From contig JBMNLY010000002.1 of NCBI GenBank assembly GCA_050953045.1, forward strand, positions 596,667 through 660,666: DNA of 64,000 nt, in the 5' to 3' direction. The DNA is from Bacilli bacterium. Its GTDB lineage: Bacteria > Bacillota_I > Bacilli_A > ML615J-28 > CAG-698. The notes below the pieces were generated by a model. That model made no database searches, was not told the origin of the DNA, and saw only the letters and a list, made by a program, of their open reading frames with translations. Within the stretch, counting starts at the first letter, position 1, and the number at the start of each line of letters is the position of its first letter. Shown here one piece after another: positions 47,167-56,210 of this stretch. The translations under genes and the position numbers were made by a program.

Positions 47167-47709
47167 ATGAATAGTATGGAATTAATATTTCTTAATTTAA
47201 TCGGAATTTATCTTGGTGCTTTTACAGTAATTATTATGCTGTTTTTGGTTTTAACGATTGTTTTTGAAAGAAAACGAAACCAAAAAGTAAAAGAACTGCT
47301 TGAAAAAGTTGCTGAAGAACAGGGTTATACATTAGAGGATGCGAACGATAAAACTTATGATTATGAATTAATAAATGAGGAATCTAAGATTCTGATTAAA
47401 CTTGTCTTTGTCCCTACAAATTCTTCAATCACAATAAATAGTAAAAACACCTGGTGTTTAAGATACGGTGGTTCTGCGCATCATCGGGGTTATAGCAATA
47501 TGAAATATTTGGATAAGTTAATCCCCTTTTTAGAAAAAGAAATTGTCGGTTCACAAAGAAAAGTTCTTTTAGTTTACCCCGATACTAATAAGATTCAACG
47601 TTATCTCAATGAAAGCGAAATTGCAATTTTAAAACCAGGCGATAAAGTCTATGATTATCAGGTTATTACCTTTCCTGATTTCACAAACCGATTTCAAGAT
47701 TTGCAATAA
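47167..47709 (+). CDS. Hypothetical membrane-anchored protein.
   Basis: 180 aa. One N-terminal TM helix plus a soluble domain with a possible D...ExK-like stretch (YDYELINEESK). Confidence 0.4.
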   Translation: MNSMELIFLNLIGIYLGAFTVIIMLFLVLTIVFERKRNQKVKELLEKVAEEQGYTLEDANDKTYDYELINEESKILIKLVFVPTNSSITINSKNTWCLRYGGSAHHRGYSNMKYLDKLIPFLEKEIVGSQRKVLLVYPDTNKIQRYLNESEIAILKPGDKVYDYQVITFPDFTNRFQDLQ

Positions 47710-47752
47710 TAAAAGCCCTCAGACTAGCATATAATTCATTGAGGTGAATTAT

Positions 47753-48043
47753 ATGAATCCTGTAGCTCAGTTTGCTCCGGCAACTACACAAGAAATTGTT
47801 TTAAAAAACAGAACCGATTTGCATATAACTGGTGTAAAAAAACTAGAAAGCTTAAATAGTAATGAGTTTTTCTTTGAAACTACTCTTGGAAAAATGCAGG
47901 TCAAGGGCAATGAATTAGAAATGAAAAATTTGGATTTAGAAAGAGAAGTGTTGACGATTTCAGGAAAGATTAATTCGATTGAATACCTGAGTAGACAAAA
48001 ACAAGAGAAAACAAAAGGATTTTTAAGCAAATTATTCCGATGA
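47753..48043 (+). CDS. yabP: Sporulation protein YabP.
   Basis: About 96 aa. HITGVKKLESLNSNEFFFETTLGKMQVKGNELEMKNLDLEREVLTISGKINSIEY matches the YabP/YqfC family. GAGGTGA ribosome-binding site. Confidence 0.75.
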   Translation: MNPVAQFAPATTQEIVLKNRTDLHITGVKKLESLNSNEFFFETTLGKMQVKGNELEMKNLDLEREVLTISGKINSIEYLSRQKQEKTKGFLSKLFR

Positions 48044-48567
48044 TTGGGATTCGTGAACAAATTACTTGGGTTATCTATTTCTTGTTTTTCGGCTATTTTC
48101 TTGCAGCAATGAATGATATTCTTTCTTATGTCTTAAATAAATTTCGGATAAATCAAGTATTAAGTTATATTTTCCAATTTATTTTTTGGCTTGGTCTTGC
48201 TTATCTTGCAACAGAATATATGATGAAGATTACAAAGGGGGCCTTGACAATCTATGCATTTGGCTTTTTTGTGCTCGGCGCCTTAATTCATATCATTTAT
48301 TTCTCCAAGCCCTTTCAAAAGGATTTGGCTCACTGTGACCAATTTCTTTCTAAAATCTATCGAAAAATTAAAAAAGTTATTATTATAATTGTTATACCTA
48401 AAGAAGTTCTTGTTTTCGGACATAAACTTCTTCCGAAGAAAAAAACCTTTGTTTGGCTTAAACAGAAGTTTTCAAAAATATTTAGAAGGGAAAAGAGCAG
48501 CATAAATGAAAAAAATCTTGATTTTGACGGCGATAATATTAAACCTTTATCTTCTCAGCGGCTGTAA
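48040..48567 (+). CDS. yabQ: Spore cortex biosynthesis membrane protein YabQ-like.
   Basis: 175 aa, hydrophobic N-half. ATGA-coupled to yabP as in Bacillus and Clostridium. Confidence 0.55.
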   Translation: MIGIREQITWVIYFLFFGYFLAAMNDILSYVLNKFRINQVLSYIFQFIFWLGLAYLATEYMMKITKGALTIYAFGFFVLGALIHIIYFSKPFQKDLAHCDQFLSKIYRKIKKVIIIIVIPKEVLVFGHKLLPKKKTFVWLKQKFSKIFRREKSSINEKNLDFDGDNIKPLSSQRL

Positions 48568-49456
48568 TGGTGAAACTGTTCAGGTAGACATCTACACATC
48601 GATTTACCCGTTGGAGTTTATCGTTAAGAATATTGTAGAAGATGATTATGCGGTCCGTTCAGTTTTTCCACGGGGAAAAGATGTCCATACTTATGAAGTA
48701 TCGCCTAAAGATTTGATGAGTGTGGTAAAGAGTAAAATCATTTTTTATATTGGTCTGGGGTTGGAATGGATTATTGAAGATTCAGTTGATTCAACTTTAG
48801 CGGATGTGCCTACCGTTTCGGTAGTTAAAAATCTTACTTTAATTGAGGTAAACAGTGACCATGTTCATCATGATGAGGATCATCATGACCACACGGGCGT
48901 CTTTTTTGATGCCCATGTCTGGCTTGATCCCACCCGTATGATAACAATTACCGATAATATTCTCGAAGCTTTGTTTGAACATTTAACACCGACAAAGACC
49001 CAGAAAGAAAAATATGAACAGAATGCGGAAGAATTGAAAGGAAAGTTTCTTAAGTTGGATGAAGAATTTAAAAAACTCGTTTCCGCAGAAGATATTGATA
49101 ACAAAACAATCTTGGTTGACCATGATGCCTATGCTTATTGGAACGATACTTATGGGATTGAAAGAATTAGGCTCAGAACCGATAATGAAAGCAATGATGT
49201 GGCACCGGCGGTGATGCAGAAGAAAATCAGTCAAGCCAAAGAGCTTAGGATTAGATATATTTGTGTAACCAAAAATGAACTGGAATCGTCGATTATAAAT
49301 CAATATATGAATGCTTTGGAAATTCCTCAAGAAAATAAGCTTTCGCTTCATACGCTTGCAACTATAACTTCAGAAGAAGAAAAAGCAGGATTAGATTATT
49401 TTTCAATTATGGAACACAATCTGGAAGTTTTAAGAAGGGTTTTTCCGAAAAAATAA
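48506..49456 (+). CDS. Metal (Zn/Mn) ABC-transporter substrate-binding lipoprotein, ZnuA/AdcA/TroA family.
   Basis: Signal peptide with lipobox LSGC. Cluster-9 binding-protein fold. His-rich loop HVHHDEDHHDHTG typical of zinc-specific ZnuA. No cognate permease or ATPase nearby. Confidence 0.75.
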   Translation: MKKILILTAIILNLYLLSGCNGETVQVDIYTSIYPLEFIVKNIVEDDYAVRSVFPRGKDVHTYEVSPKDLMSVVKSKIIFYIGLGLEWIIEDSVDSTLADVPTVSVVKNLTLIEVNSDHVHHDEDHHDHTGVFFDAHVWLDPTRMITITDNILEALFEHLTPTKTQKEKYEQNAEELKGKFLKLDEEFKKLVSAEDIDNKTILVDHDAYAYWNDTYGIERIRLRTDNESNDVAPAVMQKKISQAKELRIRYICVTKNELESSIINQYMNALEIPQENKLSLHTLATITSEEEKAGLDYFSIMEHNLEVLRRVFPKK

Positions 49457-49503
49457 TCTTCTTGGAATTGTTTTGTTTTATTAGGAAAAAATATTAAAAA
49501 GAC

Positions 49504-49532
49504 TTGCATTTTCATTTAATTTGTAGTAAAAT
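49504..49532 (+). promoter_or_regulatory. Sigma-A promoter of the tRNA operon.
   Basis: TTGCAT, 17 nt, TAAAAT, about 25 nt upstream of the tRNA-Tyr 5' end. Confidence 0.6.
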
Positions 49533-49557
49533 ATATAAGCAGTCTAGTACTGCATAC

Positions 49558-49642
49558 GGTGGGGTAGCGAAGTGGCTAAACGCGGTGGACTGTAAATCCA
49601 CTCTCTCCGAGTTCGGCAGTTCGAATCTGTCCCCCACCACCA
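49558..49642 (+). tRNA. tRNA-Tyr (GTA), encoded CCA.
   Basis: GGTGGGG acceptor stem, anticodon loop cTGTAAa, long variable arm, TTCGAAT T-loop, ends CCCCACC-A-CCA. Confidence 0.85.
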
Positions 49643-49645
49643 TAC

Positions 49646-49720
49646 AGGGCTATAGCCAAGCGGTAAGGCAACGGACTTTGACTCCGTCATTCGATTGTTC
49701 GAATCAATCTAGCCCTGCCA
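49646..49720 (+). tRNA. tRNA-Gln (TTG), encoded CCA.
   Basis: AGGGCTATAGCCAAGCGGTAAGGCA. Anticodon stem ACGGA/TCCGT, loop cTTTGAc. Acceptor TAGCCCT-G-CCA. Confidence 0.85.
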
Positions 49721-49731
49721 TTTTTTTATAT

Positions 49732-49803
49732 AGGACCATCGCCAAGCGGTAAGGCAATTGGCTCTGACCCAATCATGCGGAGGTTCGAATCCTCCTGGTC
49801 CTG
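49732..49803 (+). tRNA. tRNA-Gln (CTG), no encoded CCA.
   Basis: AGGACCATCGCCAAGCGGTAAGGCA. Anticodon stem ATTGG/CCAAT, loop cTCTGAc. Acceptor TGGTCCT plus discriminator G. Confidence 0.7.
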
Positions 49804-49814
49804 GAATAGTAGAT

Positions 49815-49845
49815 TTGCTCAAGCGATGTTTGAGCAATTTCTTAT
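49815..49845 (+). terminator. Terminator of the tRNA operon.
   Basis: TTGCTCAAgcgatgtTTGAGCAATTTCTTAT. Confidence 0.65.
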
Positions 49846-49865
49846 ATAAATTTATGGAGTGAAAT

Positions 49866-50048
49866 ATGAAAAGACTTGCACCTTTTGCGATATTAGCCGG
49901 TTTAGCTTCGCTTGTAGGAATCGTTGTTATTTCCGCAAAATCAGAAGCGATTTCCGATTTTGCTCAAACTTATGGTTTTGTCCTGCTCGGCTACTTTGGT
50001 ATCATTAGTTTTTCTTGGGGATGGTTAAAAATCTTTTCTAAAAAGTGA
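49866..50048 (+). CDS. Small two-TM membrane protein.
   Basis: 60 aa. GGAGTG ribosome-binding site 5 nt before the ATG. Two hydrophobic helices. Confidence 0.4.
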   Translation: MKRLAPFAILAGLASLVGIVVISAKSEAISDFAQTYGFVLLGYFGIISFSWGWLKIFSKK

Positions 50049-50111
50049 GTAATGACAGGATTATACAATTTTCGCTTCTTTTCAAATTTATAATTGAAAA
50101 GGGGTGTGAAA

Positions 50112-50933
50112 ATGCGAGTCATGGTTATGATGCCCTATCAAAAGAATTTACTTTCTGCGCTTGCGGATGCTGTTTCTTTCGGATTGGGCACTTTTATTTT
50201 AATTGGAGATAAAAAGAAGATTATTGAAACTTGTTTTTCAGAAAATATCAATTATCGCAAATTCACAATTCACCATTTTCCTTTAGATGCCGATGCGATT
50301 GAACATGCGAAAATGTTAATTGGCGAAAACCAGATTGATTATCTTATCTTCGGAGATATTCCGGAAATCTATCAACTTAATATTCTTGGGATAAGAGATT
50401 CCCTTTCTCTTGGGAGTATTGATATCATTGATTTACCTCAGTTACGGAAATTTTTTCTTGTAAGCAATATCAATCGCAATTTTTATGTTGATTTTGAAGA
50501 AAAAAAAGAAGCAATCATGCAAGCTCGTCCGCTTATGAAGGGGCTTGATATTAAGAGGATAAATGTTGTCTTACTAACAAATACAAATAATAAAAATGAA
50601 GTATTGGAAAGCAATATTGTCAAGATGCTGGTTAAGGAAAGCAAACTCAATGATATCGAGATTTTAGGCATTCAGGAATTAAGCAGCTTTCTTTCTTCTG
50701 GAAGCAATTTTAATACCGATGTCAATCTCTTGATTATGAAAAATTATGAATTGTCTAGGGTATTCATAAATACCCTGATTGCTTTTTCCAAGGCAAGAAT
50801 TGCAAGCTTTATGGTTTCTAAAAAGCGGCTGGTGCTTGATTATTCATTAGTAAAAAACAAAGAGAATTTGTTTTTTGCTTTAATACTCCTTGAAAAATTA
50901 TACTTGAAGAAAATAAAATCTTATTATGGCTAA
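50112..50933 (+). CDS. Phosphate acyltransferase (Pta/Ptb family)-like protein, short.
   Basis: About 273 aa. The N-terminal region LLSALADAVSFGLGTFILIGDKKKI...IEHAKMLIGENQIDYLIFGDI resembles the PTA_PTB fold. AGGGGTG ribosome-binding site before the ATG at 50112. Confidence 0.4.
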   Translation: MRVMVMMPYQKNLLSALADAVSFGLGTFILIGDKKKIIETCFSENINYRKFTIHHFPLDADAIEHAKMLIGENQIDYLIFGDIPEIYQLNILGIRDSLSLGSIDIIDLPQLRKFFLVSNINRNFYVDFEEKKEAIMQARPLMKGLDIKRINVVLLTNTNNKNEVLESNIVKMLVKESKLNDIEILGIQELSSFLSSGSNFNTDVNLLIMKNYELSRVFINTLIAFSKARIASFMVSKKRLVLDYSLVKNKENLFFALILLEKLYLKKIKSYYG

Positions 50934-51057
50934 CTATCTAATTTTAATGCTCTTTAAGGAGGGCATTTTTTTAATTAAAATTTGTCTAATTTTTAATATA
51001 ATACAAGTTTATTTCAGATATGATACTGTGGTATAATAAAAATGACAGGAGGTAAAA

Positions 51058-52299
51058 ATGGACCTAATTCAAACTGACTTTGAAATTAATCAGATTATTG
51101 AAAAAGAAAAGAGACGTCAGCAAGAAAACGTTGAGTTGATTGCATCGGAGAATTTCGTTTCAAAAGCGGTATTGGAAGCACAAGGCTCGATTCTGACAAA
51201 TAAGTATGCGGAAGGATATCCGGGGAGAAGATATTACGGCGGCTGCGATTTTGTTGATGAAATTGAGAATTTGGCAATCGAAAGAGCTAAGGCCCTCTTT
51301 TCCGCAAACTATGCTAATGTTCAACCCCATTCCGGTAGTTCCGCAAACATGGCTGCATACCGCACCTTACTTAATCCCGGTGATGTAGTTATGGGAATGG
51401 CGCTTGATCAAGGGGGCCATTTGACGCATGGACATCGTTTAAGTTTTTCAGGAATTGATTATCGTTTTTTTCCTTATTATGTTAATAAAGAAACCGAAAG
51501 AATTGATTATGAAGAATTAGAAAAGCAAGCCAAAGAAATTAAACCGAAATTGATTGTTGCGGGTGCGAGCGCTTATTCCCGAGCAATTGACTTTAAACGT
51601 ATCGGTGAAATTGCAAAAAGCGTTGGCGCATATTTTATGGTTGACATGGCTCATATTGCTGGGTTGGTTGCTGCCCTTTTGCATCAAAACCCGGTTCTTT
51701 ATGCGGATGTCGTTACAACAACAACTCACAAAACTTTAAGAGGTCCGCGGGGCGGTCTAATTCTCACCAATTCTGATGAAATTGCAAAGAAGATCGACAG
51801 ATCCGTATTTCCCGGAATCCAAGGAGGACCTTTAATGCATGTCATTGCAGCAAAGGCAATCTGCTTTAAAGAAGCGAGCAATCAGGAATTTAGAAACTAT
51901 CAAAGTCAGGTAATAAAAAATGCCGCACATTTAAGTGAGGCACTTAAAAAACTGGGTTATCATATTGTAAGCGGCGGTACGGACAATCATATGCTTTTGG
52001 TTAATGTGAAGCAAACTCTCGGCATCACCGGAAAACTTGCGGAGGAAATTCTTGATAAAGTTGCGATAACATGCAATAAAAACACTGTTCCTTTTGATGA
52101 TGAGAAACCGATGTATTGCAGCGGTATTAGGCTTGGAACAGCAAGTGTAACGACACGCGGCTTTAGAGAAAAAGAAATAGAACTTATTTCAAAACTGATT
52201 GATAAGGCTTTAAAAAATTATCAGGATGAGGAGGTCTTGGCTGCAGTTAAAAAAGAAGTAATGGATCTTACAAATCTGTTTCCGATTTATGAAGACTGA
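51058..52299 (+). CDS. glyA: Serine hydroxymethyltransferase.
   Basis: 413 aa. PLP lysine motif [14 protein letters not shown]. Extended -10 TGGTATAAT and AGGAGG ribosome-binding site upstream. Confidence 0.95.
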   Translation: MDLIQTDFEINQIIEKEKRRQQENVELIASENFVSKAVLEAQGSILTNKYAEGYPGRRYYGGCDFVDEIENLAIERAKALFSANYANVQPHSGSSANMAAYRTLLNPGDVVMGMALDQGGHLTHGHRLSFSGIDYRFFPYYVNKETERIDYEELEKQAKEIKPKLIVAGASAYSRAIDFKRIGEIAKSVGAYFMVDMAHIAGLVAALLHQNPVLYADVVTTTTHKTLRGPRGGLILTNSDEIAKKIDRSVFPGIQGGPLMHVIAAKAICFKEASNQEFRNYQSQVIKNAAHLSEALKKLGYHIVSGGTDNHMLLVNVKQTLGITGKLAEEILDKVAITCNKNTVPFDDEKPMYCSGIRLGTASVTTRGFREKEIELISKLIDKALKNYQDEEVLAAVKKEVMDLTNLFPIYED

Positions 52300-52309
52300 G
52301 GTCTTCATT

Positions 52310-53557
52310 TTATTCAATTTGAATATTTAGACCCAGATTTCGTAATTTTTGAATCGGGTTTTCATAACCGCGCAGAAGAACTTCAATGTTTTCAACAATC
52401 GTTTGCCCGCGATTTAAGGTAGAAGCAAGGATCAATGCGGCTGCGCAACGCAAATCATGAGCAACAAGCGTTGCTTTTTTTAATTGACAAGGACCGTTTA
52501 CATAGATTGTATCATCAATAACTTTGATATCAGCACCCATTTTCTCCAGTTCCTTGACATGAGAAAAACGGTTGGAAAAGATTGTTTCTTTTAAACTCGA
52601 CTCTCCTTCTACAATTAACATTAAGACTGTAATTAATTGTCCTAAATCGGTGGGAAAGCCCGGATAAGGTTTGGTTACTATATGAAAGTTACAAAGTGGT
52701 CCTTCATTTTTAATGAATATTTCATTTTCACTTATATCCAAACGGCAGCCAATCCCTTTTAGAAGATTCAGAAGGGAAGTCATTTTATCGGCTTGGATAT
52801 TTCTGACTGTAAATCCTTTTCCTTTGGAAAGTGCCCCTAGAATTAAATAGGTTCCAGCTTCAATGCGGTCGGGACTGATCTTGTAATCGGTTTGATGCAG
52901 ATATTTGACGCCGGTAATTTTTATCGCAGAAGTTCCGAGGCCGACGATGTTTGCGCCCATGCTCTTTAAAAAGTTTCCAACATCGACAATCTCTGGTTCA
53001 ATAGCAGCATTGTTGATAATTGTCTCGCCCTTAGCTTTAACCGCTGCAAGCATTAAATTAATTGTAGCGCCTACGGAAGGAAATTTTAAATCGAGCGTTG
53101 TTCCTTCAAGTTTTGGTGCAGTGATTGTGATTTCCTCGCTTTCTGCTTTAACCTCTGCGCCCAGCTTTTGAAAACCTTCAAGATGAAAGTTGATTGGACG
53201 GTGCCCAAGATCGCAACCTCCGGAAGTCAACATCTTGACTTTTTTTAGCTTACCTAAAAATGCCCCCATGAAATAATAAGAGCCGCGTAGTTTTTTAACC
53301 TCTTCGGATTTAATTTCCCAGTCAATTTTAGTTAATTGTTTTATTGAGAGGACATTATCTTGGTAGGTTGTGGAATAACCGATTTCTTGCAGCAACCCGA
53401 TTAAAGTTCTCACATCCTGAATGTCCGGGATGTTGCGGATGGTTACAGGTTCGTCCGCAAGCACCGCAGCAGGAATAATGGCAACGGCGCTGTTTTTTGC
53501 TCCGCTAATTTCAACAACTCCTTGCAATCGCCTTTTGCCTCTGACTTTTACTCTCAT
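52310..53557 (-). CDS. murA: UDP-N-acetylglucosamine 1-carboxyvinyltransferase.
   Basis: About 415 aa. Full-length EPSP-synthase-like (enolpyruvyl transferase) two-domain fold, with the conserved ISGAKNSAV N-terminal region. Start taken at ATG 53557 (MRVKVRG), downstream of GGATGAGG. Confidence 0.9.
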   Translation of the reverse strand: MRVKVRGKRRLQGVVEISGAKNSAVAIIPAAVLADEPVTIRNIPDIQDVRTLIGLLQEIGYSTTYQDNVLSIKQLTKIDWEIKSEEVKKLRGSYYFMGAFLGKLKKVKMLTSGGCDLGHRPINFHLEGFQKLGAEVKAESEEITITAPKLEGTTLDLKFPSVGATINLMLAAVKAKGETIINNAAIEPEIVDVGNFLKSMGANIVGLGTSAIKITGVKYLHQTDYKISPDRIEAGTYLILGALSKGKGFTVRNIQADKMTSLLNLLKGIGCRLDISENEIFIKNEGPLCNFHIVTKPYPGFPTDLGQLITVLMLIVEGESSLKETIFSNRFSHVKELEKMGADIKVIDDTIYVNGPCQLKKATLVAHDLRCAAALILASTLNRGQTIVENIEVLLRGYENPIQKLRNLGLNIQIE

Positions 53558-53751
53558 AATCACACCTCATCCTCTATAATATGTTTATGAGCCTGTCGGT
53601 GTTAATATGCAAGGCGTTATTTTCAGAAATTTTCCAAACGAAACTATTATATTAAGTCTTTATTTTCATTCAAAAAAATGTTATTATATATATAGAGATA
53701 TAGAATTTTTGTGGAGAAATCCTTATATGGATTCAGAAATGAGGAATTTAT

Positions 53752-54879
53752 ATGAGATACAGAATTGAAAGAGATGAATTAGGGGAGAAAAAAGTTCCTG
53801 CGCAAGCTTACTATGGAATTGGTTCACTCCGATCCAAAGAAACATATCAAATAACTAAACATGGCATGATTAGGCAAATGATTAAGTCTTTTGCGAATAT
53901 AAAAAAGACTGCAGCAAAGACTAACGGCGATTTTGGTTTACTTGATAAAGAGGTTGCTAATGCAATAGTATTAAGTTGCGAAGAAATTTTAAATGGACGA
54001 CTCCACGGCCAGTTTATTACCGATGTGGTTCAAGGCGGTTCTGGAAACAGCATGAATGCTAATGCTAATGAAGTTATTGCAAATCGAGCAAACGAAATAA
54101 TGGGCGGAGAAAAAGGAAAATACGACCTTGTCAGCATCGAAGATGTCAATTTAAATCAAGACAGTTTCGAAGTTGTTTTGATTGCCGGCAAACTTTCCAT
54201 GATCAGATTAACGAAGAAACTTCTTACTGAAGCCAAAAAGTTATATAATTCATTTTCCGACAAAATTGATGAATATAATCTTTCCCGTTATACGGATTAT
54301 TCCATCGGCCAACAATTACACGCTTTCGGAACAAAAATAGACCGAAACATGAAACGGATAAATGCCGCGATTAGTCCAATGCTTGAAATTTCCGTCAGCG
54401 CCCGTAACCTTCCTGCAGAGCAGGAAAGCCTTTATGTTAGGAAATTTATAAAGTACTTAGTGCAATATTCAGGCGAAGCAGTCCACTTAACTAAAAACAT
54501 TCTTGACAACAAACAAAATTTAGACGCGCTTGCTTGGATATCGGCTTCATTAAAAATGCTCAGTGCTGGTCTATCCAAATTAGCTACTGATTTGGAAGTA
54601 TTAGAAGAAGCCGGAAAAATTGCAATTCCTGATGTTGATACGGCGGGACATTATGTAGTCTTTGATATGATAAAACAGGTTTCCTTCTATATCATGGGTA
54701 ATAATCTTACAATCGCCCATTCTATTGAAGCTGGAAAATTAGAAGAAAACATCTATCTTCCGATTATCTATGCCTGCTATTTTGAAATGTGTAATATGAT
54801 TAGAAGAGCGATGCGGGTGTTAAGAGAAAATGTGATTGAAAATTTAAAAATTAAGATTGAAATTAATCCCACAGAATAA
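53752..54879 (+). CDS. Aspartase/fumarase (lyase_1) family homologue, truncated and catalytically degenerate.
   Basis: 375 aa against about 460 for real enzymes. The N-terminus MRYRIERDELGEKKVPAQAYYG and the QGGSGNSMNANANEV block align to AspA/FumC. The SS-loop signature GSSxMPGKVNP is replaced by DTAGHYVVFDM. Confidence 0.55.
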   Translation: MRYRIERDELGEKKVPAQAYYGIGSLRSKETYQITKHGMIRQMIKSFANIKKTAAKTNGDFGLLDKEVANAIVLSCEEILNGRLHGQFITDVVQGGSGNSMNANANEVIANRANEIMGGEKGKYDLVSIEDVNLNQDSFEVVLIAGKLSMIRLTKKLLTEAKKLYNSFSDKIDEYNLSRYTDYSIGQQLHAFGTKIDRNMKRINAAISPMLEISVSARNLPAEQESLYVRKFIKYLVQYSGEAVHLTKNILDNKQNLDALAWISASLKMLSAGLSKLATDLEVLEEAGKIAIPDVDTAGHYVVFDMIKQVSFYIMGNNLTIAHSIEAGKLEENIYLPIIYACYFEMCNMIRRAMRVLRENVIENLKIKIEINPTE

Positions 54880-54995
54880 TGTGGGATTTTTAATATTAGA
54901 TTATTTTTCTCTTTATTGTCATTAAATCTAAAGAAAATCAATAAAATATTTTTTATTTTTCAATTTTATGGTATAATAATTAAACGGAGGAAATT

Positions 54996-55697
54996 ATGAA
55001 CAAAATAAAGACTTTAACAAAACTTGATTTCAGAACATTAAAATACTGTAATCTTTTCATAATGAAATTTCAGAGAAGATCTAGGCTTTGGATTATTGTT
55101 ACTGTGCTTCTTTCCGCAGGAATAATAGTATATGATCTTTTGAAACTGCAAACAAAAATGTTTTCTATTCTTGGCGGTGTTTTTATACTTTATTCTATCT
55201 ATCAATTCTTTTCTTTAGAAAAGAAATTAGACACACAATTGGCTGCATTTTTCCGTGGTCGGCCAGTTAATACTCAAACCGTCGAAGTTGATGACGAGAA
55301 GATAACGGTAGTACGTTCCTTTGATCCGGAAAATCCGATTGTCTATGACTGGTCATATATTAACCAAATTTTTGAAATGCCTCAATACTATATGTTGATG
55401 GTCGGCAAAGGTACGCCGATTATTATTGACCGTTCGGAAGAAGCTTTAATTGAAGGGACCAAAGCAGAACTTGATGCAATTATTGGGGAAAAAGCTTCTT
55501 TGAAACCCTACAAGAAAACCGAAGAAGATCTCGTCAAAATCCCGATTACTTATGTTCATGAAGAGTTTCCTACTGCCGATGCTGTTGAAGTGGATAATGA
55601 AGTCGTTAATAGCGATGTAGCTGAGGAAGCAAAAGATTCAGTTGAAACAACGGAAGTTCAAGAGGCGGAACTTGTGGAAGAGGCAGACGAGGAATAA
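54996..55697 (+). CDS. YcxB-like membrane protein with an acidic C-terminal tail.
   Basis: 233 aa. Two TM helices, soluble domain, then VEVDNEVVNSDVAEEAKDSVETTEVQEAELVEEADEE. Confidence 0.45.
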   Translation: MNKIKTLTKLDFRTLKYCNLFIMKFQRRSRLWIIVTVLLSAGIIVYDLLKLQTKMFSILGGVFILYSIYQFFSLEKKLDTQLAAFFRGRPVNTQTVEVDDEKITVVRSFDPENPIVYDWSYINQIFEMPQYYMLMVGKGTPIIIDRSEEALIEGTKAELDAIIGEKASLKPYKKTEEDLVKIPITYVHEEFPTADAVEVDNEVVNSDVAEEAKDSVETTEVQEAELVEEADEE

Positions 55698-55706
55698 CAG
55701 TTTCAA

Positions 55707-56210
55707 ATGAATATTAAAGCAAAAATGACGCATAGTGAAGATAAGGCAAGAGATTTCTTCAAATTCCATTTGACTAAAAAAAGTTCTTCCCGAAATGTAT
55801 ATTTTGGGTTAGCTATAATTCTCTTTATAGCAGCGATTGGGTTTCTCTTCTTAAGCCAACTCTACTATGCTCTTTTTTTTACTTTTGTAGCTTTGATGTT
55901 ACTTGTGATTCGTCGGGTGATGATCAATATGACGGTTAACAGAATCATCAAAAAGTTGCGTCTTTTGGATTATTCCTATCAGATAAAATTTCTTGATGAA
56001 AAAATGATTTATGAAACAACAGTATCCAGCAAAGAATATCAATATCAAAACCTGTTCGGTATCTCAGAAACTAAAACTTGTTTTTATTTATATGTTTCGA
56101 AAAACGCCGCGATCATTATTTTGAAATCGGCACTTAATCCTGAGGACAGGACGGAATTAGAAAGATTTTTACGTCAAAAAACAGGGTACCGTCTTTACAG
56201 ATATAAATGA
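55707..56210 (+). CDS. YcxB-like membrane protein (tandem paralogue).
   Basis: 167 aa. Same two-TM plus soluble-domain layout as 54996 and 37898. Confidence 0.45.
   Translation: MNIKAKMTHSEDKARDFFKFHLTKKSSSRNVYFGLAIILFIAAIGFLFLSQLYYALFFTFVALMLLVIRRVMINMTVNRIIKKLRLLDYSYQIKFLDEKMIYETTVSSKEYQYQNLFGISETKTCFYLYVSKNAAIIILKSALNPEDRTELERFLRQKTGYRLYRYK

Noticed and set aside
49504-49560. ORF 49504-49752 (82 aa) overlapping the tRNA genes.
   Set aside because: It spans three tRNA genes with clear cloverleaf features and a promoter, so it is not coding.
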